From TPA_inf: Saccharomyces (lineage: Eukaryota): a stretch of 64,000 bases of DNA. Shown here in pieces: positions 22,688-34,558 of this stretch. The position numbers and the translations under genes were made by a program. Positions within the stretch are counted from its first letter, which is position 1; each line of letters begins with the position of its first letter. The notes below the pieces were generated by a model. It searched no databases. It saw only the letters and a program-made list of their open reading frames with translations, and was not told the DNA's origin. The stretch covers positions 128,001 through 192,000 of the forward strand of contig BK006944.2 in assembly GCA_000146045.2 (NCBI GenBank). The letters run 5' to 3'.

Positions 22688-25268
22688 TTAATTGTGAATC
22701 TTTCTTCGATATCAAACTATTCCAGGCCGAATTAATCTGGCGGTAAGTCACCTTTAGTTATCCTTCCATTTTGTCCCTTTTCATCCAGTCTCAAACGACA
22801 ATTAGGACTTACATTAAATAGGCTTTTTGCCTAGTATAACATCATAAAAGTACCTTCTTTTGTTTCTTCCAAAAAAAGACAGTAACCATCTGAAAAGAAC
22901 GTCATTGTCGAAAATTACAAAGTTTGTGGCAGCGCTTTTTACTGCAGCAAGTCAATTGCTTTCATGGCATTTTCAATCAAAATACGAGTTCTTACTAATT
23001 CCTACGGTGCTTCCTGCATTGATTGATCGCGAGTTACTATTTTTAACTCGAATGGGTCTGCGCGTGTTTCTCCGGTGTTGTTCAAAATAATCTGTTTGCT
23101 GCGTTTAATAACTACAACAGTTAACGGAAACAGTGAAATTTATTGGGGACTTTCAAGTAACGAATAATCATGCTGGTAGAAATATTTCTATTTTTATAAT
23201 TAACAAATCTTTTAATGACGTCTTGTGGGCTGAAAACTACGGCGTTTATTTTTTAGATAGGTTATTCCTTCGTTGGATTGAGTAAGAAAATGTCGATACT
23301 GTGTTACGTTTGCAAGGAAAAGATTTAGTTGCGATTAGCCATTCATTCTTGTGGAAACTTCTTTAAAAAGGGATGGCGATGGAGTACTTATGTCCAATTA
23401 TGAAGTCAAATTTATTTTCAAACCGTTACACGTAGATTATTTTCCTGCAGTGGTAAGTATCTTTGAAGTGTTGAAAGTTTTTTGGCACATATTTTTTTGC
23501 GGATGTGGGCCTGAGTTTCCTGTTAGAAACAAAGATATGCTTAAAACTAAATAACATTGGAAATTAGGGCATAGTCTTCAATGTTATACTTAAACATCAC
23601 AGCAGGAGATTGAGATGATTGAAAGAATGGTGCAAGAAATGATTCATTAACATTCTTCCAAGTTTTGCAATATTTGCAAGTATTACTATCAGACTTTAGT
23701 TGAAGTGACTATGCTATTACCAAATTTCACTGGAGCCAGAAAAATAAAGATCACTTAGAGACAAAGAAAAGTAACATCTTCAACATAAGCCGGAGCTCAA
23801 AAGTAGGAAATCGGATAAGAAACTTGATTCTGTTATTTCAAGTGATTTTTTGCTGTATCGCCCACGTTCTTGTTGTAGATGTTTTGTAGATGTGGGACCG
23901 AAAGTAAGTGAACAGTGAAGTAAACAGAATAGGATTCTAAAAAAGAGCTTATAAACTGTTCTTTAAAATTTTTTCTTTCGTGAATGTCCTCGAGCTATCT
24001 CAAAGAAAACGAAATCTTCATTCAACTTAAGTGTAGGTATTATTTGCTGTTTCATCAAATGCGGCACCAAAGTGGAAGTATTCTAGTCAGTTAGTTTTTC
24101 ATTGTGAGGAATTGATATGTCGTTCTCTGATAGAACCACGCTAAGTTGGTGTTCAATTTTTTGCAATTCGGTAGTAATTATGCCTTGCAACATGTTTTAT
24201 TCTTTTATAGTGTGATACCGTCAATATGATGATTTGCGGTGGAGCATGCATGTGCTTACTAGAAGTGCTGCTCTGGTGGGCATTTTAGGGACAAGAATAA
24301 ATTCTTCTCTCCACTATCTGAACTTCCGTTATTCTTCTGCACGTAATTGCCGTTTTTAGGATTTTTTGGAGTTGTCACGGTATAGATATGTCTTATTGCG
24401 TGATTTCACGGTGTCTTGCACACAACATTTCCAGGTCACAATATTTGGTTCGAGGTTCCCAGCAAGAATTCATTATCCTTTTCAATGTGTCGCATTAAAT
24501 CATTATCCAAAAACAAAAGAACTTAAGAAGTACAAAAGACACTTGAAGTATGCTAGCGTAAGAAATACGGTAACCAATATTTATATGTAACATGCTTATT
24601 CTGTCATGATTTCACAGTTCAAACTACATTCCTATTCAAAATCATCGCGTTAGTGAGACAAAATCGGTGGGAGAGATGTTAGACAAAAAGATGACAACAT
24701 TGGAAATAAACCACGACGAAAAATACCTTTGAAAGGATCTTTTTTCGATTTTCCTGTGAATTTGTAGGCTTTTGATGGTACGAGGGTAAACCAAACTGGA
24801 CGGGAAATCACCATTATTAGTCCTATGTAGAGCCTCGTCACCATACCTATATAAACATAACTATTCTTTTAAGTACTTAAACGGCTTTTTTCTGAAACAA
24901 ATAGCCAATGTTTTCATAACGAAGATTCCAAAGTTACTTAACGCTCTTCAGGCACTTCCTTATTTATTATGACACGTACAAAATAATAAATTCGTAGTTA
25001 TAAGATTATCTTATCATATTTAAAATATCTCTTCTTTCAGTTGAAATTGGGCCCAAAATTTTTACCCCATAGCGTTAAAATTAAACAAAAACTGCTATTT
25101 CGGTGACAAATTGTAAAAATTCTGAAAACGGAAGAAACAAAAACGTTTAAAATGATTAAACTTTGGTAAAGCAATAATCTACAAATAATTGGAAAAGGAA
25201 TAGTAATAAAGATGGGGAGAATTATGAAGAAGAATGTCATAAAAAACACTGAAAACAATTAACGAGCC

Positions 25269-25706
25269 ATGGGTAAAAGAAAGAAGTCAACAAGAAAGCC
25301 TACCAAGAGACTGGTCCAAAAATTAGATACGAAATTCAATTGTTTATTTTGTAATCATGAAAAATCAGTTTCATGCACTCTGGACAAAAAAAATAGTATA
25401 GGAACTTTATCGTGCAAGATTTGTGGGCAGTCGTTCCAAACGCGCATAAATTCATTATCACAGCCTGTTGATGTATATAGTGATTGGTTTGACGCCGTCG
25501 AAGAAGTCAATTCTGGCCGTGGAAGTGACACAGATGATGGTGACGAAGGTTCTGATAGTGATTACGAAAGTGATTCAGAGCAAGATGCTAAAACGCAAAA
25601 TGATGGCGAAATAGATTCTGATGAAGAGGAGGTAGACTCGGACGAGGAGAGGATAGGCCAAGTTAAAAGAGGCAGAGGCGCCTTGGTAGATAGTGACGAT
25701 GAATAA
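25269..25706 (+). CDS. ELF1: Transcription elongation factor Elf1 (C4 zinc finger plus acidic tail), 145 aa
   Basis: It begins [14 protein letters not shown], has a [12 protein letters not shown]...CKICG zinc ribbon, and a D/E/S-rich C-terminus. Confidence 0.9.
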   Translation: MGKRKKSTRKPTKRLVQKLDTKFNCLFCNHEKSVSCTLDKKNSIGTLSCKICGQSFQTRINSLSQPVDVYSDWFDAVEEVNSGRGSDTDDGDEGSDSDYESDSEQDAKTQNDGEIDSDEEEVDSDEERIGQVKRGRGALVDSDDE

Positions 25707-25815
25707 TCCGGTCCTGAGAAAAAACCATATTTACTTAGGTCATATATATTTTATATTTTAAAGCAACCACCCGTAAGCATTTAAGTCTCTTAAGCCAACA
25801 AATCGCCTCGCCATC

Positions 25816-26451
25816 TTAATCATCGTCATCAGTATCGAATATAGATTTTGGTGGGAAAGCGGTTTTAACGTGGTCCGCTAATTGCATCTGTCCATTTCCA
25901 TCGTTCGTGGGACATCTATCAATGGTAATTGCGCCCACCTTTGATTTCAATAACGTGAAAGTACCATTGTTATTTTTGTCTGGATTATTAGGCAATAGTT
26001 GGCTAGCTTCCAACCGCTGCTGCTGGTCCTGTTGTATATGACTTTGTATATGCCTTTGTGGCGCATCCTCACATTTGCTGAAATCGAATTCGGGAGGTGG
26101 TGATGCTGGGGGCGATATCAGGAACATTTTTTCACTCTCTGGTACCTTCAAGTATTGTTTAGTTAAATTCCTTTGTCCGTCTTGCAAGGAGTAGCTGAAG
26201 TTAAAATTTTCCATTTCTAAAGCACGAGACGCATCCATAACATGCTGAGATATATCATGACTGGGGCAGATCAACAGTATTCTTTTAAACCTTTTCAAAA
26301 TAATCAACTGTAGTGGTTCATTTTCATTGATTTGAAACTTCCTTAAGATATTCTTGGATAGCCAAACCTGGATTCTTTCAACATTATCATTATCAACAAT
26401 GTCGCACTTATCCGAGGTTATAATTATCGTATCCGTTATAATATTACCCAT
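25816..26451 (-). CDS. RCN1: Calcipressin-family regulator of calcineurin Rcn1, 211 aa
   Basis: A 211-aa minus-strand ORF with a calcipressin-type motif FLISPPASPPPEF near the C-terminus. Its position matches YKL159C. Confidence 0.85.
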   Translation of the reverse strand: MGNIITDTIIITSDKCDIVDNDNVERIQVWLSKNILRKFQINENEPLQLIILKRFKRILLICPSHDISQHVMDASRALEMENFNFSYSLQDGQRNLTKQYLKVPESEKMFLISPPASPPPEFDFSKCEDAPQRHIQSHIQQDQQQRLEASQLLPNNPDKNNNGTFTLLKSKVGAITIDRCPTNDGNGQMQLADHVKTAFPPKSIFDTDDDD

Positions 26452-26990
26452 CTGCAGTTCTGTGTTTTATATATCGGTTGGTTTATTGCTTGATCTTTTT
26501 GGCCCTCTTTTTTTCATGGAATTACTGTATTTAAAAAGAAAACCATACTTTATATAGAAGTCATTGGGCAGAAGGGTCTTGTCAACGAGCCGCCTAGGAA
26601 CTACACCTGACAGCAACTTGCGGCAAGATAGTAAGATAGCATAATTCAAAGCCTCTTGAACCTTACAGCGCCTTGCCGCGGTTTGGTAAACTTCTAAACT
26701 GTGTATGTTACACGTGAAGCGAGGCTTGGAACACCTAAGAAGAGATCCTTTTCATATTTACTATCCATCAACACTGCGCCTTTTCGTGATGATGCATTTG
26801 ATAGTATGGCAGATGTGCTACGGTACTTCGATCTAATGTGCTCTTAGACAGATATGCTAAATAATTTCAATCTAATTCGTCCGCGTTGTAAATTAAGAAA
26901 TCATGTAAACGTTATATCAAGAAATAACAATCGAAGGATAGTTCAAAAAATCTGACATAAAAAGGTACTTAAAAACACAGGTTGCATAAT

Positions 26991-29900
26991 ATGCCAATTG
27001 TTCGGTGGCTATTATTGAAAAGCGCAGTTAGAGGTTCTTCTCTAATAGGCAAAGCTCACCCTTGTTTAAGGTCTATTGCTGCACACCCTAGGTATTTATC
27101 TAATGTGTACTCACCACCAGCAGGCGTCAGTAGATCACTGCGCATCAATGTAATGTGGAAGCAGAGTAAATTAACTCCCCCAAGATTTGTGAAGATCATG
27201 AATAGACGCCCTCTGTTCACAGAAACTAGTCACGCCTGTGCGAAGTGCCAAAAAACGTCACAATTACTAAAGTATGTTTACACAAAAGCTTAACAAAGAA
27301 ACAAGGAAAAGATATACATAATATAAATTACCACTGATTATTTTGAACATGAGACCGAAATACCAGGATGTATTACTAGCCTTGTTTACCATTCTTCAAC
27401 TGGTGATTACAAAGTGAGTTCTCATTCATTGTTACCCTCATATTCTTATCTTCTGCAGCAGGAAAAAGGGATTTACCCAACTAATTGACTTTGATAGAAT
27501 TGTGATTGCAATAGCTTAGGTAATATTTCAGTTAGACTACGACATCCAGTTATTTTTTTCTATTTCTCTGCTCGTTACCGACCTTTGAGTTCTTACTAAC
27601 TTACATTCTCTATTAATTGTACCCAAAAGTACGAAGGACAACTAAAATGACCAGTAAAACCCCAAATCGTGAAATTCTTCCTGATAATGTCGTTCCTTTA
27701 CACTACGATTTAACCGTGGAACCTGATTTCAAAACATTCAAATTTGAAGGCTCAGTCAAAATTGAGCTAAAAATTAATAATCCTGCAATTGATACGGTAA
27801 CATTGAACACCGTCGATACCGACATCCATTCTGCAAAAATCGGTGATGTCACATCTTCCGAGATTATCTCTGAAGAGGAGCAACAAGTCACCACATTTGC
27901 GTTTCCTAAAGGGACCATGTCTTCTTTCAAGGGTAATGCATTTTTGGATATAAAATTTACTGGTATTTTAAATGATAATATGGCTGGCTTTTACAGAGCC
28001 AAATATGAGGACAAGTTAACAGGTGAGACAAAATACATGGCTACTACTCAGATGGAACCTACTGATGCTAGAAGGGCCTTCCCATGTTTTGATGAGCCTA
28101 ACTTGAAAGCCTCTTTTGCTATTACTTTAGTTTCAGACCCATCTTTGACACACCTATCCAATATGGACGTCAAGAACGAATACGTAAAGGATGGAAAAAA
28201 GGTCACTTTGTTCAATACGACCCCTAAAATGTCAACTTACCTTGTTGCTTTTATTGTTGCTGAATTGAAGTACGTTGAATCCAAGAACTTTCGTATTCCT
28301 GTCAGAGTTTACGCCACCCCAGGTAACGAAAAACATGGTCAGTTTGCCGCGGATTTGACTGCCAAGACTTTGGCATTTTTTGAAAAAACTTTTGGCATCC
28401 AATATCCTCTACCTAAAATGGACAATGTTGCTGTTCACGAATTTTCTGCAGGAGCTATGGAAAATTGGGGGTTAGTCACTTATAGAGTGGTTGATCTACT
28501 ACTAGACAAAGATAACTCTACATTAGATCGTATTCAAAGAGTGGCTGAGGTAGTTCAACATGAATTAGCTCACCAATGGTTTGGTAACTTAGTTACTATG
28601 GACTGGTGGGAAGGCTTATGGCTAAATGAAGGTTTTGCTACTTGGATGTCATGGTATTCATGTAATGAGTTTCAACCAGAATGGAAAGTTTGGGAACAGT
28701 ATGTTACTGATACCTTACAACATGCATTAAGCCTTGACTCTTTAAGGTCCTCTCATCCGATCGAAGTACCTGTAAAAAAAGCTGACGAAATTAACCAAAT
28801 CTTTGATGCCATCTCTTACTCAAAGGGTGCTTCTTTATTAAGGATGATTTCGAAATGGTTAGGTGAAGAAACTTTTATTAAAGGTGTATCCCAATACCTG
28901 AATAAATTTAAATACGGTAATGCGAAGACTGAAGACCTATGGGATGCTTTAGCGGACGCCTCCGGTAAAGACGTTCGTTCTGTGATGAACATCTGGACTA
29001 AAAAAGTTGGTTTCCCAGTCATTTCAGTTAGCGAAGATGGTAACGGTAAAATAACATTTCGCCAAAACCGTTACTTAAGCACAGCTGATGTCAAGCCCGA
29101 CGAGGACAAAACCATCTATCCTGTATTTTTGGCTTTGAAGACTAAAAATGGAGTTGACAGTTCCGTTGTATTGAGTGAAAGAAGCAAAACTATTGAATTA
29201 GAAGATCCTACCTTTTTCAAAGTTAACAGCGAACAATCCGGAATTTATATAACATCCTACACCGATGAAAGATGGGCAAAACTGGGTCAACAAGCTGACT
29301 TATTGTCTGTTGAGGACCGTGTCGGTCTGGTTGCTGATGTCAAGACACTATCTGCTTCTGGCTACACTTCAACTACTAATTTTTTGAACTTAGTCTCCAA
29401 ATGGAATAATGAAAAGTCATTTGTCGTCTGGGACCAAATAATCAACAGCATATCTTCAATGAAATCTACTTGGTTATTCGAACCAAAGGAAACCCAGGAT
29501 GCGCTTGATAACTTCACGAAGCAACTAATAAGCGGTATGACACACCACTTGGGTTGGGAATTCAAATCTTCTGATTCGTTCTCCACTCAACGTTTGAAAG
29601 TGACCATGTTTGGTGCTGCTTGTGCCGCAAGGGACGCAGACGTTGAAAAAGCTGCTCTAAAAATGTTTACTGATTATTGCAGCGGTAATAAGGAAGCCAT
29701 CCCAGCATTGATTAAACCAATTGTATTTAACACTGTGGCAAGAGTTGGTGGTGCAGAAAACTATGAAAAAGTTTACAAAATCTACTTAGATCCAATCTCT
29801 AACGATGAAAAATTAGCCGCATTAAGATCTTTAGGCAGATTTAAAGAACCTAAATTATTAGAAAGAACCTTAGGATATTTGTTTGATGGCACTGTCTTAA

Positions 29901-30232
29901 ACCAAGACATTTATATTCCAATGCAAGGAATGAGAGCTCATCAAGAAGGTGTAGAGGCTTTGTGGAATTGGGTTAAAAAGAACTGGGACGAACTCGTAAA
30001 GAGACTACCTCCTGGTCTTTCAATGCTAGGCTCCGTCGTCACATTAGGTACCTCTGGCTTTACATCAATGCAAAAAATAGATGAGATTAAGAAATTCTTT
30101 GCCACTAAATCCACGAAAGGTTTCGATCAAAGTTTGGCTCAATCACTGGACACTATTACTTCGAAAGCGCAGTGGGTTAACAGAGACCGTGATGTCGTCA
30201 ACAAGTATTTGAAGGAAAATGGTTACTATTAA
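26991..30232 (+). CDS. APE2: Aminopeptidase yscII Ape2 (M1 zinc metallopeptidase). Two exons, 26991..27271 and 27655..30232, give 952 aa.
   Basis: Exon 2 carries GAMEN and HELAHQWFGNLVTMDWWEGLWLNEGFA (HEXXH-18-E). Exon 1 (MPIVRWLLLKSAVRG..., track ORF 26982..27293 with a TTG 'M') ends in frame at GTATGT 27272-27277. The intron has TACTAAC at about 27594-27600. Splicing to AG 27653/27654 restores the frame (...QLL-N-KTPNREILPDN) and gives exactly 952 aa, the length I recall for Ape2. Confidence 0.75.
27272..27654 (+). other. APE2 spliceosomal intron (383 nt) with two cryptic upstream 3' AG sites
   Basis: 5' splice site GTATGT, branchpoint TACTAAC, and AGs at 27628-29, 27635-36 and 27653-54. 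Only the third gives the 952-aa protein. The second would give an in-frame 958-aa variant and the first a frameshift. Confidence 0.65.
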
Positions 30233-30612
30233 GAAAAAATCTCTTTTCTAGCCATTTTGCCTTTTTATATAGTCAAGTATCTATATGTGACAAATACTTC
30301 TTCTAAGCTTGGCCTTCTGATAGGCTTAGCTTGCAGTGGTTGCAAACATACATAAATCAACAAAAAAGTACGGCTTAAAATTTTGGTATTCATTTATTTC
30401 AACCCGTGCACACTGGAAATAAATCTGTACATAACAGCATATTTTGTTTTTGAAAAAATTTCTGTGTTCCTCCGATGTGGGAAGAATTTTAGGATCGGCT
30501 AAATTTCGTAAAGTATCAGTAACTTGGTATCTCTGTATAAGCGGAGTCTAATTTCGATAACAAGCAACTTCATCGTAACACCTTCCAACAAAGCAAAGAT
30601 AGATATCCCAAA

Positions 30613-31212
30613 ATGGTATGTTAGTATCCAATAAATGCAGCGCAACTGGACCAGTGAATAGAACAATACATATAGATAAGTCGCAAAAAGAAAAGAATAC
30701 ATGTGGTGGAAAATTTTGCACCAAGAGAGGCAAGAACTATGAAGAAAGACTTTTGAAATATTTCAAGCGGTTGCTACATATAGTGGATAAGATTCAGGAT
30801 GGACGTATGAGCTTACAGTTCATTGTAGGGGAATATAAAATTCTGATGATGGCGAACTTCATTCCCAGCAACTCAAGCTATTGTTATTTTTCTATTCTGC
30901 ACCGAGATGAGGAGAAAAAAGGAAGTTTACTAACAGTTAGATTTATTTCTTATTCGTCTACAACAGGTTTTAGTTCAAGATTTATTGCACCCAACTGCAG
31001 CTTCTGAAGCAAGAAAGCACAAATTAAAGACATTAGTCCAAGGTCCAAGATCGTACTTCCTAGACGTTAAGTGCCCAGGTTGTTTGAACATCACTACAGT
31101 TTTCTCACACGCCCAAACTGCAGTTACCTGCGAATCCTGCTCAACAATTTTGTGCACCCCAACTGGTGGTAAGGCAAAGCTTTCTGAGGGTACATCTTTC
31201 AGAAGAAAGTAA
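30613..31212 (+). CDS. RPS27A: Ribosomal protein eS27 (Rps27A). Exon 1 is ATG only (30613..30615); exon 2 is 30967..31212; 82 aa.
   Basis: ATG at 30613-15 is followed immediately by GTATGT 30616-21. TACTAAC lies at 30928-34 and the 3' AG at 30965-66. Exon 2 encodes [19 protein letters not shown]...C4 zinc-ribbon (CPGC...CESC)...FRRK. Total 3 + 246 nt gives 82 codons plus stop. Confidence 0.88.
30616..30966 (+). other. RPS27A intron, 351 nt
   Basis: Canonical GTATGT ... TACTAAC ... cAG signals read directly from the sequence. The frame was checked against the overlapping track ORF 30618..31007. Confidence 0.85.
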
Positions 31213-31455
31213 TTTCATTACTAGACAGATGAAACGAAATTTACTTCAAAAGAAGAGCATTAATAAAGTGATTCAATTATGGAACCAGCAGGGTAGGTTT
31301 TATCATATATAATATACACTCAGTTGTCATCTTTATTGGCTTTTTAGAAACGCTGCAACAAACTGTACTATATATATATCATATTCACGTATGTAGAATA
31401 TTAAAGTATTGAATATATTAATATTATTACTTTATTTCCAGTTACTTACAATTTC

Positions 31456-33342
31456 CTATTTTCTATTTACATGTTGTAAAAAATCGTTGCCGTGAAAAGT
31501 GGACAATTTCTTCATTACCTCAAAGTTTGAGAACTGATGATCATCAAATTGAAGAGAGTCCTCCAATTCATTATAAGATTCCATAGCCTTTCTAGCTTTT
31601 TGACGTTCTTCCTTTTTCAACTGCTTGATTCTCTCCTTTTCTAGCTTGTGGAACTTCTTAACATTCAAGTCTCCCAGCCCTTTAATCTGTGTTTTGGCCG
31701 CTGAGGCCCATAAATCACCTTTCTTACTCTTTCTGGCATCGTGGTATATTTGTTTAGAAAACGACCGCGAAACCGTCCATTTTTCAAGTTCTCCTGATGG
31801 CGCACATAAATCCATCATAACATGACCTTTACGTTTGACAGGATCATTGATAATTCTAGGCCAGGAATTTTGCGTGTCATCACCCAGTGATCCAATGTCA
31901 TATTTGCCGTTCACATTTTCATTCCGTAATTTCTTAATTTCTTTCAACGTATTTTCGTCCTTATGTGATCTCTCGAATATTAAATAGGAGTAGTTTAAAA
32001 TTTCATAGTCACGACCATTTCTTCTTCCCGTTCCTTTTAGCCTCGACGCATTTCCTTGAGAACCATCCCATGAAGTAGCGAGAAGTTTACCCTTCTTTAA
32101 CTCTATACTGAATTTGGGACGCTTGATGCTTTTTTGAAAATTGCAGAACTTTAAGTCTTTACCCTCTTTATGAGTATAAAAGTTAGGATTTCCAACCTGT
32201 AAGGGACATTTCCTTTGATGTGGACAAGGTGCAATCACCTTCAGAAAATAATTACTGGAAATGTTTCCTAATTCAGCATCTTTTTTGCCTCTGACTGTTA
32301 CTCCCCTAGACCAAGGTCTTGGTATTTTTCCGAATTCATCTGGAAAGTTTTCAGGTCTAAGCGTAATTTGCCTTGCCCTGGCTATAATCTCGAATCCCAT
32401 TGGGTTGCCTCGTTCAATAATAACAATGTGGCCTCCAGGCGCTAGAATATTTAAGTAGTGCTCAATATTTTCATCCACCTGAATTGGAAATTGATTCCCG
32501 TCATGAAGAAGTTGATGCGTTAATATTATGAGGTCATATTCCTTAGATGCGGGAATAGAAGACCGCAAGTTAGTCATAATGTTTATCTTTTTTGTCATCA
32601 CTTCTCCAATATGTTCATCCTCTTGAAAGTTTTTGTTCCGTCTATCTGTTTCCTGCTCTTTCTCTGTAGACACATTTTCTTCTACAGTATCGACCACCTC
32701 GTTAAGTTGTCTGCTCAAAATGATTTTGGCTCTTTCTTGCATCTCCGCATTCCCTAAAATAACGGCATCTTTTAGATCAGGTCTATAATTTGGGCCTAAA
32801 ATATCATTCAAGGCAACTATACCAGTCGCTGGGCCATATCCAACATCAAGGATTCTTTGAGGTTTAAAATTATCAGGACCTACCCTTTTTTGTAATTCTT
32901 TCAGACTTTGGAAAATAGAACCATAATTTTGTAAAAAAATGGACGCTATATGTGCATCCACTTCCATTTTGGTTCTACAGGGACGATGTAATGAATTTGG
33001 TTCCTGAATCTCTTTGTAATAATTTGTAGCAACCCTTCTAAGATTATTGGGAATATGTACAGCCATAATATTATTGTTGATTGCTTTGCTTACATCAGGA
33101 TTCAACTCTAATTGGTCCCGGTACGACTGGCCCTGAAGTGTTTTGGAAAGTAATCTGAGCTCTTTAGAATTAGTTGCTTGAGTGGTGCTAGCGGTTTCAT
33201 CTCTGTACGACGGAAGAACATTGATTCCTCTTTTATTTGAGTCTATAAAATCCGCCAAATCTAACTTTGGTAAGTTTAAACTTGTGAACTTTGAGCTGAA
33301 CCGGACATTTTGTGGTAGGATACTGAAGCATCTTTTCATCAT
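31456..33342 (-). CDS. RSM22: Mitochondrial small-subunit protein / putative methyltransferase Rsm22, 628 aa
   Basis: A 628-aa ORF with a basic N-terminal presequence (MMKRCFSILPQNVRFSSKF) and a Rossmann-like methyltransferase region (ILDVGYGPATG). Length and position match YKL155C. Confidence 0.85.
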   Translation of the reverse strand: MMKRCFSILPQNVRFSSKFTSLNLPKLDLADFIDSNKRGINVLPSYRDETASTTQATNSKELRLLSKTLQGQSYRDQLELNPDVSKAINNNIMAVHIPNNLRRVATNYYKEIQEPNSLHRPCRTKMEVDAHIASIFLQNYGSIFQSLKELQKRVGPDNFKPQRILDVGYGPATGIVALNDILGPNYRPDLKDAVILGNAEMQERAKIILSRQLNEVVDTVEENVSTEKEQETDRRNKNFQEDEHIGEVMTKKINIMTNLRSSIPASKEYDLIILTHQLLHDGNQFPIQVDENIEHYLNILAPGGHIVIIERGNPMGFEIIARARQITLRPENFPDEFGKIPRPWSRGVTVRGKKDAELGNISSNYFLKVIAPCPHQRKCPLQVGNPNFYTHKEGKDLKFCNFQKSIKRPKFSIELKKGKLLATSWDGSQGNASRLKGTGRRNGRDYEILNYSYLIFERSHKDENTLKEIKKLRNENVNGKYDIGSLGDDTQNSWPRIINDPVKRKGHVMMDLCAPSGELEKWTVSRSFSKQIYHDARKSKKGDLWASAAKTQIKGLGDLNVKKFHKLEKERIKQLKKEERQKARKAMESYNELEDSLQFDDHQFSNFEVMKKLSTFHGNDFLQHVNRK

Positions 33343-33600
33343 TTTACCTAAACTAGACGGGCCACCTTATGTCCTAAAGTGTCAGAGGTTTTGCTGCAAT
33401 ACTGTTCTTAATTTTTCACCATTCACTTTTTTCATCTAGTGGCGGAAAAAAATAAGAGATATGGAAAACAAATATGAACCATCATTAAACTTGAAAAAGA
33501 TGAGAAGAAAAGAAATAGTTAGGCTTTAAGTGTCTGTATTGATCAATTAATTATTACTTTACCACTGCTGTTTATTAGCATAATAGCACACGGGATCAGA

Positions 33601-34335
33601 ATGCTTAGTAATACACTTATTATTGCCTGTTTATTGGTGATAGGGACAACCATAGCGCTAATAGCAGTGCAAAAGGCATCCTCCAAGACAGGGATCAAGC
33701 AAAAAAGTTATCAACCATCTATTATCATTGCAGGTCCTCAAAATTCTGGAAAAACGAGCTTGCTTACGCTGCTAACCACAGATTCAGTAAGACCAACTGT
33801 TGTTTCTCAAGAACCGTTATCAGCAGCGGATTACGATGGTTCCGGCGTCACGTTAGTGGACTTCCCAGGCCATGTCAAGTTGCGTTATAAACTCTCAGAT
33901 TATTTGAAAACAAGAGCCAAATTTGTTAAAGGGTTGATATTTATGGTAGACTCAACAGTTGATCCTAAGAAATTAACAACAACAGCTGAGTTCTTGGTAG
34001 ACATATTATCAATTACTGAATCTAGTTGCGAAAATGGTATTGATATCTTAATTGCATGCAATAAAAGCGAATTGTTCACTGCAAGACCACCATCAAAGAT
34101 CAAGGATGCTTTAGAAAGCGAAATTCAAAAGGTTATTGAAAGAAGGAAAAAATCGTTGAACGAGGTTGAAAGAAAAATTAACGAAGAAGATTATGCAGAG
34201 AATACACTAGACGTTTTACAGTCTACCGACGGGTTCAAATTTGCAAATTTGGAAGCATCTGTAGTTGCTTTTGAGGGCAGTATTAATAAAAGAAAAATTT
34301 CCCAATGGCGCGAATGGATAGATGAAAAACTGTAA
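33601..34335 (+). CDS. SRP102: Signal-recognition-particle receptor beta subunit Srp102 (Arf-like GTPase), 244 aa
   Basis: An N-terminal transmembrane anchor is followed by the P-loop GPQNSGKTSLL, then DFPGH (switch II) and NKSE (NKxD-like). Confidence 0.9.
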   Translation: MLSNTLIIACLLVIGTTIALIAVQKASSKTGIKQKSYQPSIIIAGPQNSGKTSLLTLLTTDSVRPTVVSQEPLSAADYDGSGVTLVDFPGHVKLRYKLSDYLKTRAKFVKGLIFMVDSTVDPKKLTTTAEFLVDILSITESSCENGIDILIACNKSELFTARPPSKIKDALESEIQKVIERRKKSLNEVERKINEEDYAENTLDVLQSTDGFKFANLEASVVAFEGSINKRKISQWREWIDEKL

Positions 34336-34486
34336 TATAATTATAATTTATAACTAGATGAACGATAGATAGTTTAAAAACAAGCATTTAACATAGCTCT
34401 AGATTCCGTACGCAGAGAAAGACATAGTTGCATCATCGACACATGCAATATCAAAAGTAACTCTTTTTGACTGCTGGTGTAAAAAA

Positions 34487-34558
34487 CACTCACGATGGGG
34501 GTCGAACCCATAATCTTCTGATTAGAAGTCAGACGCGTTGCCATTACGCCACGCGAGC
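34487..34558 (-). tRNA. tR(UCU): tRNA-Arg (anticodon UCU), 72 nt
   Basis: The reverse complement reads GCTCGCGTGGCGTAATGGCAACGCGTCTGACTTCTAATCAGAAGATTATGGGTTCGACCCCCATCGTGAGTG, with an A box, a B box GGTTCGACCCC and an anticodon loop CTTCTAA. Confidence 0.9.

Noticed and set aside
22688-23300. Rlm1 site CTA(A/T)4TAG expected in the KDX1 promoter
   Set aside because: I did not find an exact match by eye in the first 600 bp upstream. A proper motif scan is needed.
24220-24325. Possible box C/D snoRNA: ATGATGA at about 24224 and CTGA at about 24318
   Set aside because: No terminal stem pairs the 5' and 3' flanks. The motifs are short and expected by chance in 2.6 kb of AT-rich DNA.
30240-30612. 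Rap1-like motif caacccgtgcacac about 250 bp upstream of RPS27A
   Set aside because: It has several mismatches to ACACCCAYACAYY. It is plausible for a ribosomal-protein promoter but too weak to call without a matrix scan.
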